Part shown: positions 26,570 to 36,295 of the stretch, in pieces
Layout: the number at the start of each line of letters is the position of its first letter
Position numbering within the stretch: the stretch's first letter is position 1
Assembly: GCA_965223295.1 (NCBI GenBank)
Contig: CBDCWC010000002.1
Location: forward strand, 305,101-369,100
Source of the DNA: Nitrospirales bacterium
GTDB taxonomy: Bacteria; Nitrospirota; Nitrospiria; Nitrospirales; UBA8639
Length of the DNA stretch: 64,000 nt
Reading direction: 5' to 3'
The notes under the pieces: generated by a model
Seen by the model: the letters and a program-made list of their open reading frames with translations, nothing else
What the model was told of the DNA's origin: nothing
Database searches by the model: none
Translations under genes and position numbers: made by a program

Positions 26570-27262
26570 ATGACTGCAACTGTCCTAGTTGTTGATGATG
26601 AAAAAGATCTAGTGGAGCTGGTCCGTTATCATTTGGAAAAGGAAGGTCTGGTATGCCTGGAAGCCAGAGATGGAGAGACTGCACTCCAATTGGCCAGAGA
26701 ACGGATGCCCGACCTGGTTGTCCTCGATCTCATGTTGCCAGGTGTAGATGGTTTGGAGGTGTGTCGCAAACTTCGAAAAGATCACAAGACTGCTTCAATC
26801 GCTATTATTATGCTGACAGCAAAAGCAGAAGAAGTTGATCGCATTGTTGGCTTGGAAATGGGTGCGGATGACTACATGGTGAAACCGTTTAGTCCACGTG
26901 AGCTTGTGGCTCGTGTGAAGGCTGTGTTGCGACGAGGACAAACGCAAGACCTTACGACTCACAAACGAATAGGGACGCTTGTGGTTGATGAGGGAAAGCA
27001 TCAGGTGTCTGTGGAAGGGAGAGTGGTGGAACTGACGGTCAAAGAATTTGATCTCTTGTGTGGCTTGATAAAGGCTAACGGACGTGTGCTGAATCGCGAT
27101 CAGATCATGGAAGCGGTCTGGGGCTACTCGAATGCCGTCGATATTGAATCTCGTACGGTAGATGTGCATGTTCGTCGACTCAGGGAAAAATTAGGCGATG
27201 AGCAGAAGCGCATCGTGACCGTAAAGGGCGTCGGATATCGTTTTGATGCGGAGATGGATTGA
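26570..27262 (+). CDS. phoB: OmpR-family phosphate regulon response regulator
   Basis: REC (VVDDE, VLDLMLP, GADDYMVKPFS) plus wHTH (SRTVDVHVRRLREKL); upstream of phoR and pst. Confidence 0.88.
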   Translation: MTATVLVVDDEKDLVELVRYHLEKEGLVCLEARDGETALQLARERMPDLVVLDLMLPGVDGLEVCRKLRKDHKTASIAIIMLTAKAEEVDRIVGLEMGADDYMVKPFSPRELVARVKAVLRRGQTQDLTTHKRIGTLVVDEGKHQVSVEGRVVELTVKEFDLLCGLIKANGRVLNRDQIMEAVWGYSNAVDIESRTVDVHVRRLREKLGDEQKRIVTVKGVGYRFDAEMD

Positions 27263-27294
27263 TGTGTGCTTATTCATGAATGGAGAGACAATGA

Positions 27295-28653
27295 ATGAGT
27301 AATGCTCCTTTCGTTCGTGGGGGCTGGATGCTCGCCTCCATGGTTGTGGTTGGAGGAGGTGTTGCTTGGGGATGGGCTTGGTGGTTCATTGGTTTACTTG
27401 GGTTTGGGCTGCTCAGTGCTGCGTATATGACCGCGAGAAATGCTTGGAATCAGAGTCGTGATAATGATGAAAAGATTCGCACAAGTGTGAATGAGTTGCA
27501 GCAGGTCGTACATGGTCCAGATGTTCGTTCTTCTCTTCCTGTCTCGCCTGAGGCTGTCGGTGCTGCACTTAAACAAGCTGTCGCTCAAGCCAAATCCCGT
27601 ATGGCCAATCTTGAAGATGAGCGCGCGAAGATTGTGGCGATTATGGAGAATTTGGTGGAAGGCGTTTTGGCTTTTGATCCTCAAGGGCAGGTCTTGTTCA
27701 GTAATCCCAGCGCATGTCGGATTCTTGGATTAGATGGACAGCAATTAATGGGACGGTCAGTGTGGGAAGTTGTTCGTCATGCCGAATTAGCAGAACTCGT
27801 CGAGCGCAGCCGAAAGCTTGATCTTCATGACAGTCACCGTGTGGAGATGAATCTTCATGCCCCCACGCCTATGGCGGTAGAAGTCTATGGATTGCCGTTT
27901 CCCCTGGTTCATGAGAAAAATGGAAGTGTACTCGTATTACATGATGTTACGGAATTACGACGTTTAGAACAGGTCCGCGCGGAATTCATTGATAATGTGT
28001 CGCATGAGTTGCGAACACCGCTGGCCGCGATCATCGGTTATTTGGAAACGTTGATAGATGAACCCACTCTGGATACGCCCAATAATCGCAAATTTGTCCA
28101 TGTGGCACACCAACATGCCGAGCGGCTCAGTCGACTTGTGGATGACTTGCGAAGCCTCTCAGAAATCGAATCAGGAAAAGTGGTCTTGCGATGCGAAGCT
28201 GTTGGATTACAGGACATTGTGAATGAAGTAGTTGAAATGTTTCAACCTCAAGTCCAGAAGAAGCAGATTCATCTGGACAACCAGATTGATGATGGGGCAC
28301 GAGTGTGGGTTGACCGTGACCGTATCATCCAAATCCTTTTGAATCTTGTCGACAATGCCATTAAATATTCATCAGAGAGAGGGAGTATTGTTTTTCAGAT
28401 GCAGCGATTGGACAAGTCTCTAGTTCTACACGTGAAAGATACAGGACAGGGGATTCCTTCGACTGACTTGGTGAGGATCACCGAACGTTTTTACCGCGTG
28501 GATCGGGCTCGCTCACGGGAAGAGGGAGGAACTGGTTTGGGTTTATCTATCGTCAAACATCTGGTGAATCTACTGAACGGGCAACTTCGTATTCACAGTG
28601 CATTAGGGAAAGGTACGACAGTAGAAGTGGAGTTGCCAATCTCTACCAAATAA
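27295..28653 (+). CDS. phoR: PAS-containing sensor histidine kinase
   Basis: N-terminal TM, PAS, H-box VSHELRTPL, NLVDNAIKY, RFYRVDRARSREEGGTGLGL. Confidence 0.9.
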   Translation: MSNAPFVRGGWMLASMVVVGGGVAWGWAWWFIGLLGFGLLSAAYMTARNAWNQSRDNDEKIRTSVNELQQVVHGPDVRSSLPVSPEAVGAALKQAVAQAKSRMANLEDERAKIVAIMENLVEGVLAFDPQGQVLFSNPSACRILGLDGQQLMGRSVWEVVRHAELAELVERSRKLDLHDSHRVEMNLHAPTPMAVEVYGLPFPLVHEKNGSVLVLHDVTELRRLEQVRAEFIDNVSHELRTPLAAIIGYLETLIDEPTLDTPNNRKFVHVAHQHAERLSRLVDDLRSLSEIESGKVVLRCEAVGLQDIVNEVVEMFQPQVQKKQIHLDNQIDDGARVWVDRDRIIQILLNLVDNAIKYSSERGSIVFQMQRLDKSLVLHVKDTGQGIPSTDLVRITERFYRVDRARSREEGGTGLGLSIVKHLVNLLNGQLRIHSALGKGTTVEVELPISTK

Positions 28654-28662
28654 TTTTCTATA

Positions 28663-28843
28663 GGGCACCTCTAAAAACTGTCCTTTTCCCGATGGCGGCG
28701 TTAGCAGCGTGCTTACAGCCTTCGGCGCGCACAGACTTGGTGCTCTTCGCATCGTTCGCCCTCATGTATTGGCCCATACACTCCGGTTTTCCGCGCGCCG
28801 CTTCCTTGCCCTCAGAAAAAATCATCAGTTTTTAGAGGTGCCC
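28663..28843. mobile_element. MITE family B, copy 2 (181 bp) with 4-bp TSD
   Basis: Perfect 18-bp TIR GGGCACCTCTAAAAACTG; TATA on both flanks (28659-28662, 28844-28847). Confidence 0.92.
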
Positions 28844-29013
28844 TATAGTGTTTACGAAGCTTTTCCTCTAGTTCCTCATTTCCGATGTGTTCTATCGGGA
28901 ATCCATCTCAGAGGCAGGATGATCCTCATGAAACGTGACTGAAAAGTTTTGTTGGATGAGTGCTGCACTTCTCTAAGTTTTCTACTTATTTTCTACTTTG
29001 TTTTCCGCAAAAA

Positions 29014-29053
29014 CGTTACACAGTTGTAACCTGATCCCAACGTGCTAGCAACA
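29014..29053 (+). promoter_or_regulatory. Candidate Pho-box array
   Basis: GTTACA (29015), GTAACC (29026), CCAACG (29037), GCAACA (29048) at an 11-bp period, resembling the pstS boxes. Confidence 0.5.
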
Positions 29054-29121
29054 TGTTCTGATTAGGATAGGGTAACCGAGTTGATCTTGTGATGAATAAC
29101 GAACAACCTTGGAGGTGGAAA

Positions 29122-29373
29122 ATGATGTCAATGAGGAGAAGGGGGACTGGTAAATGGTTTGTTGATGAGTATGAGAAGCAAAACGTTTTGAATTACATTG
29201 AAAGTGAAGAAACTGTCACATTGGAAATGATTGTCCAACGATTTCCATGGCTTCAATGGGGCGATTTGTTTTCGATAGTGGGAGGATTTCGGCGAGATGG
29301 TTTGATTGCTGTACATCAAGTTGGCTCTCGTTTGGAAATACGAATGATAAAACAACTCACCCATATGGTCTAG
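29122..29373 (+). CDS. Small hypothetical protein, winged-helix-like
   Basis: GGAGGT RBS before ATG 29122; pattern TLE-x4-FPWLQW-x2-LF-x6-RRDG-x-I suggests a wHTH. Confidence 0.6.
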   Translation: MMSMRRRGTGKWFVDEYEKQNVLNYIESEETVTLEMIVQRFPWLQWGDLFSIVGGFRRDGLIAVHQVGSRLEIRMIKQLTHMV

Positions 29374-29401
29374 GTTTAATAGAGTTTTTGAATTTGGTGG
29401 C

Positions 29402-29457
29402 ATGTAACACGTTTGTAACATGGCTGTCACATTGGGGAAATCTTACAAAGATACAAT
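29402..29457 (+). promoter_or_regulatory. Pho boxes and -10 of the pstS promoter
   Basis: TGTAACA (29403), TGTAACA (29414), TGTCACA (29425), 11-bp period as in PhoB boxes; TACAAT at 29452-29457. Confidence 0.8.
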
Positions 29458-29493
29458 ACTTCACTTGATTGTAATAGAAGAGAGGAAAGCTTC

Positions 29494-30507
29494 ATGAAAG
29501 GCACAATAAAAAGAACTGCTAAGAGAATTGGGACCGTGGTTATTGGGTTATTATTGGGGTGGTCTGGGGTCGGTGGATTTGATTCGTCGACGGCTTGGGC
29601 GAAGGAGTCGATGGAGGATCTAGCATGGACAACTTACAGCAAAGTGAGTGGCATTTCAGGCAATATCAATAGCATTGGCTCCGACACGCTGAATAACTTG
29701 ATGACCTTATGGGCGGAAGGATTTCGAAAGCAATATCCCAATGTCAAGGTTCAGATAGAGGGGAAGGGGTCGAGTACTGCGCCTCCAGCCTTGATTGAAG
29801 GCACAGCTCAATTGGGTCCGATGTCGCGAAAGATGAAAGGAAAAGAGATTGATAAGTTCGAGGCGAAATTCGGATATAAGCCAACGCCAGTTCCCGTTGC
29901 AATTGATGCCCTAGCGGTCTATGTCAATAAAGATAATCCAATCAAGGGGATGTCAATGGAAGAGGTTGACGCGGTCTTTTCCAAGACGAGAAGACGTGGG
30001 CATAGGGTCAACATTGCACAATGGGGAAATGCCGGGCTGACTGGGCCATGGGAAAAAACACGGGTCAGCATCTATGGTCGGAATTCAGCTTCAGGCACCT
30101 ATGGATTTTTCAAGAAAAAGGTTCTGAACAATGGAGATTATAAGGATGAGGTGAAAGAACAGCCTGGCTCTGCTTCCGTTGTGCAAGGTGTGACAGAAGA
30201 TCGAGGGGGCATTGGCTATAGCGGTATTGGATATAAAACCTCAGGAGTACGGGCCATTCCTTTATCGGCTAAAAGAGGAAAACCATTTTATGAACCGACC
30301 TTTGAAAATGCGGGTACAGGAAAATATCCCTTGGCTCGTTTTCTCTATGTGTACGTGAATAAGGCACCTGGAAAACCCTTGTCTCCACTAGTCAAAGAAT
30401 TCTTAACCTTTGTCTATAGCAAAGAGGGACAACAGGTTGTCATTAAGGATGGATATTTCCCTTTACCTCAGAATCTTATCACTAAAAAACTTGGGGATCT
30501 TCAATAG
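29494..30507 (+). CDS. pstS: Phosphate ABC transporter substrate-binding protein
   Basis: [43 protein letters not shown]. Confidence 0.95.
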   Translation: MKGTIKRTAKRIGTVVIGLLLGWSGVGGFDSSTAWAKESMEDLAWTTYSKVSGISGNINSIGSDTLNNLMTLWAEGFRKQYPNVKVQIEGKGSSTAPPALIEGTAQLGPMSRKMKGKEIDKFEAKFGYKPTPVPVAIDALAVYVNKDNPIKGMSMEEVDAVFSKTRRRGHRVNIAQWGNAGLTGPWEKTRVSIYGRNSASGTYGFFKKKVLNNGDYKDEVKEQPGSASVVQGVTEDRGGIGYSGIGYKTSGVRAIPLSAKRGKPFYEPTFENAGTGKYPLARFLYVYVNKAPGKPLSPLVKEFLTFVYSKEGQQVVIKDGYFPLPQNLITKKLGDLQ

Positions 30508-30620
30508 AAAGGTTCTCGTGCCTTATGACGAAGATTAAGAATAGCGATAATGTCATTTTTCAATGTCCGCAGTCACATTGCTGAGGGCATTGATGCCTTG
30601 AATAACCCCATACTCATCCT

Positions 30621-32927
30621 ATGAATAGCGCACAATCCAGGGTTGGTCCAGCTCCCTCCCTCCCTCGGACTTCTTTTTTTTCGAGAATCGGAGTTCGGAC
30701 TATCAGACGATGGACGGATAAGCTGGCCACGGCCATTGTGACCTTTGGGGGATTAGCGACCATTCTGAGTATTCTTGGTATTTTTCTTTATCTTTTTATA
30801 GAAGTTGTTCCGTTATTTTATTCGGCTTCAGCAACAGAAGGATCAAGCATTTCTGTGAAGGCTCAGAGTTCTGCAGGTGAATTGCCGAGTCAGGTTGGTG
30901 TGGGTGTTGATGAGTACATGAAAGTTGCCTATGTCATTCACGGGGGGCATATTGCGGTGTTCCATGTAGAATCGGGAAAGCCGATCCCTGTTGATAAGTC
31001 TTTGAATCTAGAAGAGGAGTTTATTACGGCTGTTGGCCGGTCAGGCACTCAAGGCAATAGCTATGGTCTTGGAACAGCAGATGGTCGAGTGATTCCCTTG
31101 GCAATCGATTTTCGGGTGAACTTTCTTGATGGAGTCCGGAGTATTCAACCGGAAGTGTCAATCGGCGATCCATTAGTGATTTTTGAGACATCGAAGCCCA
31201 TTGAGCGATTAGCTTATCGTGAAACGAATGATGGTGGCTCAGTTTCTGCTGCCGTGAGTGAGACAGGGAAGATCCAGATTTTGAAAATGGTTGAAGAAGA
31301 AGGAGGCCTATTTTCTTCTGAAGTAGAACAAACTCTGAGTCGAGGACAACTCCCATTGGAAGCCACGAGCGTGCCCACGGCCCTACTCTTGGACGGGGAA
31401 GGTGAAACGTTGGTTGTGGGAACAACACAAGGCCAACTCTTGTATTGGAACATTACAGCAGCGGAGGCTCCCAGGCTGATGGGGACTTATCAAGCTGCCG
31501 CATTTTCAGAAGAGAGTATCACGGCACTGTCATATCTAATCGGCGATCGAACCATTGTCGTAGGAACGAGTACAGGAAACGTGTCAGTTTGGATGCCCTT
31601 TGTTGACCCAGATAAAGGTGGAGATCCTCGGTTAACAGAAGTTCGGACATTTTCTCAACATCAAAAAGCTGTCACTACAATATCTCCATCGCAGCGGGAT
31701 AAGGGATTTTTGACCGCCGATGCCAGTGGAGAAGTGTTTCTTCATCATTCCACTTCTGGGCAAACATTAGCGAAGATTTCTGGTCAGGGAAGCCCAGTTC
31801 AGTCTGTCATGTTTTCCCCAAAAGGTGATGGCGTGATTTTGGCGGATCGCTCTGGAAAGGTCATGACCTATGAGATCGAGAACGAACATCCTGAAACAAC
31901 AATGGCGTCAATTTTTAGGCCTGTTCTTTATGAAGGGTATGACCAACCTCATCATATTTGGCAATCCTCCAGTGGATCTGATGACTTTGAACCCAAATTC
32001 GGCTTATGGCCACTTATTTGGGGAACGTTAAAGGGAACGTTTTATGCCATGTTATTGGCAACGCCACTAGCCATATTCGGGGCTATCTATACGGCGATGT
32101 TTATGCATCCGGACCTTCGGTCAGTGGTCAAGCCAGTGGTGGAAATTATGGAGGCGTTGCCGACTGTTGTGTTGGGTTTCTTAGCCGGTCTCTGGTTAGC
32201 CCCCTTACTTGAGAAAATTTTTCCAGCGGTTGTAGGGATGTTTTTCATGATTCCACTAGCGTTGGTCTCGATGTGTTTGCTCTGGCAGGTCCTACCTGCT
32301 TGGGTGAGACGTGGGGCTGGATCGACAACAGAATTTTTGGCTTTTGTGGTTGTCTTGCTAGGATCCCTGTATCTCTGTATTTCTTTCAATACACACATTG
32401 AATCGTGGTTGTTTCATGGAGACTATAAGGAATGGCTATCCTCCACATTTGGTGTAGGGTATGACCAACGTAATGCCATGGTTATTGCCTTTGCCATGGG
32501 CATGGCGGTCATCCCCACGATTTTTAGTATTTCCGAAGACTCGATTAATAATGTCCCACGGCAGTTAATTGCTGGTTCACTGGCGTTGGGTGCGACGCCT
32601 TGGCAAACTTTGACCAAGTTAGTCATCGTGTCCGCCAGTCCAGGGTTATTTTCAGCATTGATGATCGGTCTGGGCCGGGTCGTTGGAGAGACGATGATTG
32701 TGCTTATGGCTACGGGAAATACGCCAGTGATGGATATGAATCTCTTTAATGGGTTTCGTACCTTGTCTGCGAACATTGCCGTGGAAATGCCTGAAGCTCC
32801 AGAAGGGGGAACATTGTTTCGGTTGCTCTTTTTGGCAGGGCTGATTTTGTTTGCTTTTACCTCTGTGGTGAATACGATTGCTGAAATTATTCGTCAAAGA
32901 CTTCGTGCGAAGTATAGTCAGTTCTAA
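30621..32927 (+). CDS. pstC: Phosphate ABC permease PstC with large periplasmic beta-propeller-like insertion
   Basis: C-terminal GTLKGT, KPVVEIMEALPTVVLG, GETMIVLMATGN; WD40-like central region. Confidence 0.92.
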   Translation: MNSAQSRVGPAPSLPRTSFFSRIGVRTIRRWTDKLATAIVTFGGLATILSILGIFLYLFIEVVPLFYSASATEGSSISVKAQSSAGELPSQVGVGVDEYMKVAYVIHGGHIAVFHVESGKPIPVDKSLNLEEEFITAVGRSGTQGNSYGLGTADGRVIPLAIDFRVNFLDGVRSIQPEVSIGDPLVIFETSKPIERLAYRETNDGGSVSAAVSETGKIQILKMVEEEGGLFSSEVEQTLSRGQLPLEATSVPTALLLDGEGETLVVGTTQGQLLYWNITAAEAPRLMGTYQAAAFSEESITALSYLIGDRTIVVGTSTGNVSVWMPFVDPDKGGDPRLTEVRTFSQHQKAVTTISPSQRDKGFLTADASGEVFLHHSTSGQTLAKISGQGSPVQSVMFSPKGDGVILADRSGKVMTYEIENEHPETTMASIFRPVLYEGYDQPHHIWQSSSGSDDFEPKFGLWPLIWGTLKGTFYAMLLATPLAIFGAIYTAMFMHPDLRSVVKPVVEIMEALPTVVLGFLAGLWLAPLLEKIFPAVVGMFFMIPLALVSMCLLWQVLPAWVRRGAGSTTEFLAFVVVLLGSLYLCISFNTHIESWLFHGDYKEWLSSTFGVGYDQRNAMVIAFAMGMAVIPTIFSISEDSINNVPRQLIAGSLALGATPWQTLTKLVIVSASPGLFSALMIGLGRVVGETMIVLMATGNTPVMDMNLFNGFRTLSANIAVEMPEAPEGGTLFRLLFLAGLILFAFTSVVNTIAEIIRQRLRAKYSQF

Positions 32928-32934
32928 TGTACCA

Positions 32935-34566
32935 ATGAAAACATTTCTTCAAAAATTCTGGAACTCGGGGACGCTGTTCATTTGGATATGTGGGGGAGCC
33001 GTGGCGACCTCCGTATTAATGGTCAGCGGGGTGCTCTTGCTCATTATGGTGAATGGGTTAGGGTATTTTTGGCCATCCAATCTCGTAGAGTTCGAACTCT
33101 CTGACGGCAAGAAAATTTTGGGCGAGGTCAAACATCGGGAAGTGATTCCCAGTTCTGTATCGGAGCGACTTCCCGAAGGAAAGAGTCGGCTCAATTTGAA
33201 AATCGGCAATCGTGATCTGTATGGATTGGATTTTCGGTGGATTGATGAAGATCAAATTGTTCGTAACCACATGCCATTAGCGGCTACAGTCTTCGAGCGC
33301 CGAGAATGGGGGAATTTCTATGGTTATGTCGAGGAAATCAGGCAAGGGGAATCCGTGCTGGTTTCTGGCGAAGAAAGTTGGAAATTGCTTAATCCTCTCA
33401 TAGAAAAGGCCAATGCGCTGCACGAAGAGATTGCCTCTATTGAAAAAGATGAAATTGGTGATATTAATCATGAGATTGAGCAGGCACGTTTGCGTATCAA
33501 AGGATTGGAGCTACAAGGAAAGAGTGGGTCTTCAGAAATTTCCGACCTGACCGCAGATGTGAGAAACCTTGAATCCCAATATGAACAACATGTTCAGGGT
33601 TTGGACGTGCTCCGAGAACAACTACGGGAGTACGCTATTGTGTTGCGAGATACGAATGGCGAGATAAAGGAACTGCCGATTGGGCAAATTATAGCCGCTC
33701 TTCGGCCAAATGAGATGAGTGTGTTCGAGAAAGCTCTCACGTACGTAAAAAACTTTTGGAATGTATTGACTGAGGAGCCTCGTGAAGCCAATACCGAAGG
33801 TGGAATTTTCCCCGCTATTTTTGGAACCGTTATGATGGTATTGATCATGAGTGTGGCTGTTGTGCCTTTTGGTGTGTTAGCCGCGTTCTACCTTCGTGAA
33901 TATGCTAAGCAAGGCCCTCTGACTCGTGCCGTGCGGATTGCGGTCAATAACCTTGCTGGCGTGCCCTCAATCGTGTTTGGAGTGTTTGGCCTCGGCTTCT
34001 TTGTCTATGCGGTAGGAGGTACGATTGATACGTTCTTTTATCCTGAAGCCTTTCCGAATCCAACCTTTGGGACAGGCGGGATTTTATGGGCTTCTCTGAC
34101 CTTAGCCTTGATGACTGTCCCGGTTGTGATTGTGTCGACGGAAGAAGGATTGTCGGCGGTCCCCAAAGAATACCGGGAAGGGTCAGTTGCACTTGGTGCC
34201 ACAAAAATAGAAACGATGATTCGAGTCATTTTGCCTACGGCACTTCCAGGAATTCTTACTGGCCTGATCTTGGCAATCTCCAGAGCCACCGGGGAAGTGG
34301 CACCACTCATGTTAACCGGAGTGGTGAAGCTTGCGCCGTCTTTACCAGTCGATGGTCTGTTCCCTTTTGTCCATCTTGACCGAAAATTTATGCATTTGGG
34401 TTTTCATATTTATGATGTAGGATTTCAGTCGCCGAATGTCGAAGCAGCAAAGCCTATGGTGTATGTCACGACGCTGGTGCTGGTTTTGGTTGTGGTCATG
34501 TTGAATATTACCGCTATTGCTGTGAGAAATCATATGCGGAAGAAGCTGCGTGGGGCTTCTGTTTAG
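32935..34566 (+). CDS. pstA: Phosphate ABC permease PstA with coiled-coil insertion
   Basis: EPREANTEGGIFPAIFGT, NLAGVPSIVFG, RATGEVAPL. Confidence 0.93.
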   Translation: MKTFLQKFWNSGTLFIWICGGAVATSVLMVSGVLLLIMVNGLGYFWPSNLVEFELSDGKKILGEVKHREVIPSSVSERLPEGKSRLNLKIGNRDLYGLDFRWIDEDQIVRNHMPLAATVFERREWGNFYGYVEEIRQGESVLVSGEESWKLLNPLIEKANALHEEIASIEKDEIGDINHEIEQARLRIKGLELQGKSGSSEISDLTADVRNLESQYEQHVQGLDVLREQLREYAIVLRDTNGEIKELPIGQIIAALRPNEMSVFEKALTYVKNFWNVLTEEPREANTEGGIFPAIFGTVMMVLIMSVAVVPFGVLAAFYLREYAKQGPLTRAVRIAVNNLAGVPSIVFGVFGLGFFVYAVGGTIDTFFYPEAFPNPTFGTGGILWASLTLALMTVPVVIVSTEEGLSAVPKEYREGSVALGATKIETMIRVILPTALPGILTGLILAISRATGEVAPLMLTGVVKLAPSLPVDGLFPFVHLDRKFMHLGFHIYDVGFQSPNVEAAKPMVYVTTLVLVLVVVMLNITAIAVRNHMRKKLRGASV

Positions 34567-34630
34567 GGACTTTTCTGCCTGATACTTCTATGTCATCTAT
34601 TCGTTTCATTCCACGGGGGAAATCGATACA

Positions 34631-35509
34631 ATGGGGAACGTTATCCAAAAAACTCATAAGTCCCTGAAGGTCGAGATTGTGGGGAAGCAACCCAGGTCTG
34701 CGCCATTAGTAGAACAAGAGTCAATAACTATGGATAGAGCCGAAGAACAGCCGATGCAACCAAAGTTTTTGGTGCAAGATATGAACTTTTTTTATGGCGA
34801 CCATCAAGCCTTGTTCAAAATTAATTTGAATATTCCTGTTCATCAGGTGACGGCGTTTATTGGGCCGTCTGGTTGTGGAAAATCGACTTTGCTGCGCTGC
34901 CTTAATCGTTTGAATGATCTCGTAGATGGGAGTCGCGTGGTCGGTAATATTCTTTTGGATGGTCAAGATATCTATGACCCTTCTGTGGACGTCACCGATT
35001 TGCGAACCCAAGTTGGCATGGTGTTTCAAAAAGTGAATCCATTTCCGAAATCCATCTGGCAAAACGTGACGTATGGTCCACAATTGCGTGGCATCAAACG
35101 TAAATCCGATCTTGATGATATTGTGGAGAACAGCCTTAAGGGCGCTGGTTTATGGGATGAAGTCAAAGATCGGTTGCACCAAACAGCGTTAGGGTTATCT
35201 GGAGGCCAGCAGCAACGTTTATGTATTGCCCGTGCCCTTGCCGTTAATCCGGATGTCCTGTTGATGGATGAACCCTGCTCGGCTCTGGATCCCATTTCCA
35301 CTGCCAAAGTTGAAGAATTGTTACATTCCCTCAAAGAACAGCTGACGGTTGTGATTGTTACACATAATATGCAACAAGCAGCTCGAGTTTCTGACTTGAC
35401 GGGATTTTTTCTCATGGGTGAATTGGTTGAGATAGCTGAAACCAAAAAGATCTTTACGAAACCAACTGATCATCGAACCGAAGATTATGTCACCGGGCGA
35501 TTTGGATAA
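34631..35509 (+). CDS. pstB: Phosphate ABC transporter ATPase
   Basis: [45 protein letters not shown]. Start may be downstream (about 34730). Confidence 0.96.
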   Translation: MGNVIQKTHKSLKVEIVGKQPRSAPLVEQESITMDRAEEQPMQPKFLVQDMNFFYGDHQALFKINLNIPVHQVTAFIGPSGCGKSTLLRCLNRLNDLVDGSRVVGNILLDGQDIYDPSVDVTDLRTQVGMVFQKVNPFPKSIWQNVTYGPQLRGIKRKSDLDDIVENSLKGAGLWDEVKDRLHQTALGLSGGQQQRLCIARALAVNPDVLLMDEPCSALDPISTAKVEELLHSLKEQLTVVIVTHNMQQAARVSDLTGFFLMGELVEIAETKKIFTKPTDHRTEDYVTGRFG

Positions 35510-35548
35510 ATTTCATGATGACCGTTGAGTATAGAGGGAACACAGACT

Positions 35549-36208
35549 ATGGTACGTCACTTTGATGAAGAGCTCTCGAGTCTCAAGCAGAAAATTTTAC
35601 GAATGGGCTCTTTAGTGGAAGATCAAATTCGGCAGGCGTTGAATGCTTTAGTTCGGCGTGATGATACCTTGGCAGAAGAAGTGATATCCAATGATCATCA
35701 AGTGAATGCGATGGATGTGGACGTCGATGAGGTTTGCCTAGAAATGCTGGCCTTACAGTCTCCTGCCGCAAGAGATCTTCGTTTTATTACGACGGCAATG
35801 AAAATTTCGACTGAATTAGAACGAATGAGTGACTTGGCGGAAAATATTTGTGAACGTGCGATCGAGCTGCACCAAGAGCCTCAGTTGAAACCTTATATTG
35901 ATATTCCATTAATGGCGGATCATGCCATAAAAATGGTGGGAGAAGCCTTGGATGCGTTTGTCCGTGGTGATTCAGGATTAGCGAGAAAAGTTCTCGATGA
36001 GGATGATTATATCGATGAACTCAATGAGCAAATTTTCCGGGAACTCTTATCGTTCATGATGGAAAATCCTCAAACGATTTCCCGTGCGATCCGTCTGTCT
36101 TTTATCTCGAAATATATTGAGCGCATTGCCGATCACGCCACCAACGTTGCCGAACTGGTCGTCTATATGGTGGAAGGCAAGATCATTCGACATATGACCT
36201 CTCCCTAA
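35549..36208 (+). CDS. phoU: Phosphate signalling protein PhoU
   Basis: RHFDEEL, LQSPAARDLRFI, ELERMSD, YIERIADHATN. Confidence 0.95.
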   Translation: MVRHFDEELSSLKQKILRMGSLVEDQIRQALNALVRRDDTLAEEVISNDHQVNAMDVDVDEVCLEMLALQSPAARDLRFITTAMKISTELERMSDLAENICERAIELHQEPQLKPYIDIPLMADHAIKMVGEALDAFVRGDSGLARKVLDEDDYIDELNEQIFRELLSFMMENPQTISRAIRLSFISKYIERIADHATNVAELVVYMVEGKIIRHMTSP

Positions 36209-36295
36209 GTCTTTCTTCTCTCCGAATTCGTTCCTTTTCCTAGCATCCAATCCAGGATAAGATAGAATGGATAGATAAACTCTTTCGATGAGTTA

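Noticed and set aside
28709-28942. 77-aa ORF
   Set aside because: Starts inside MITE family B copy 2; no RBS and no recognisable domain.
30551-30577. Possible Pho box before pstC (TGTCAT...AGTCACA)
   Set aside because: Spacing is not a multiple of 11 bp.
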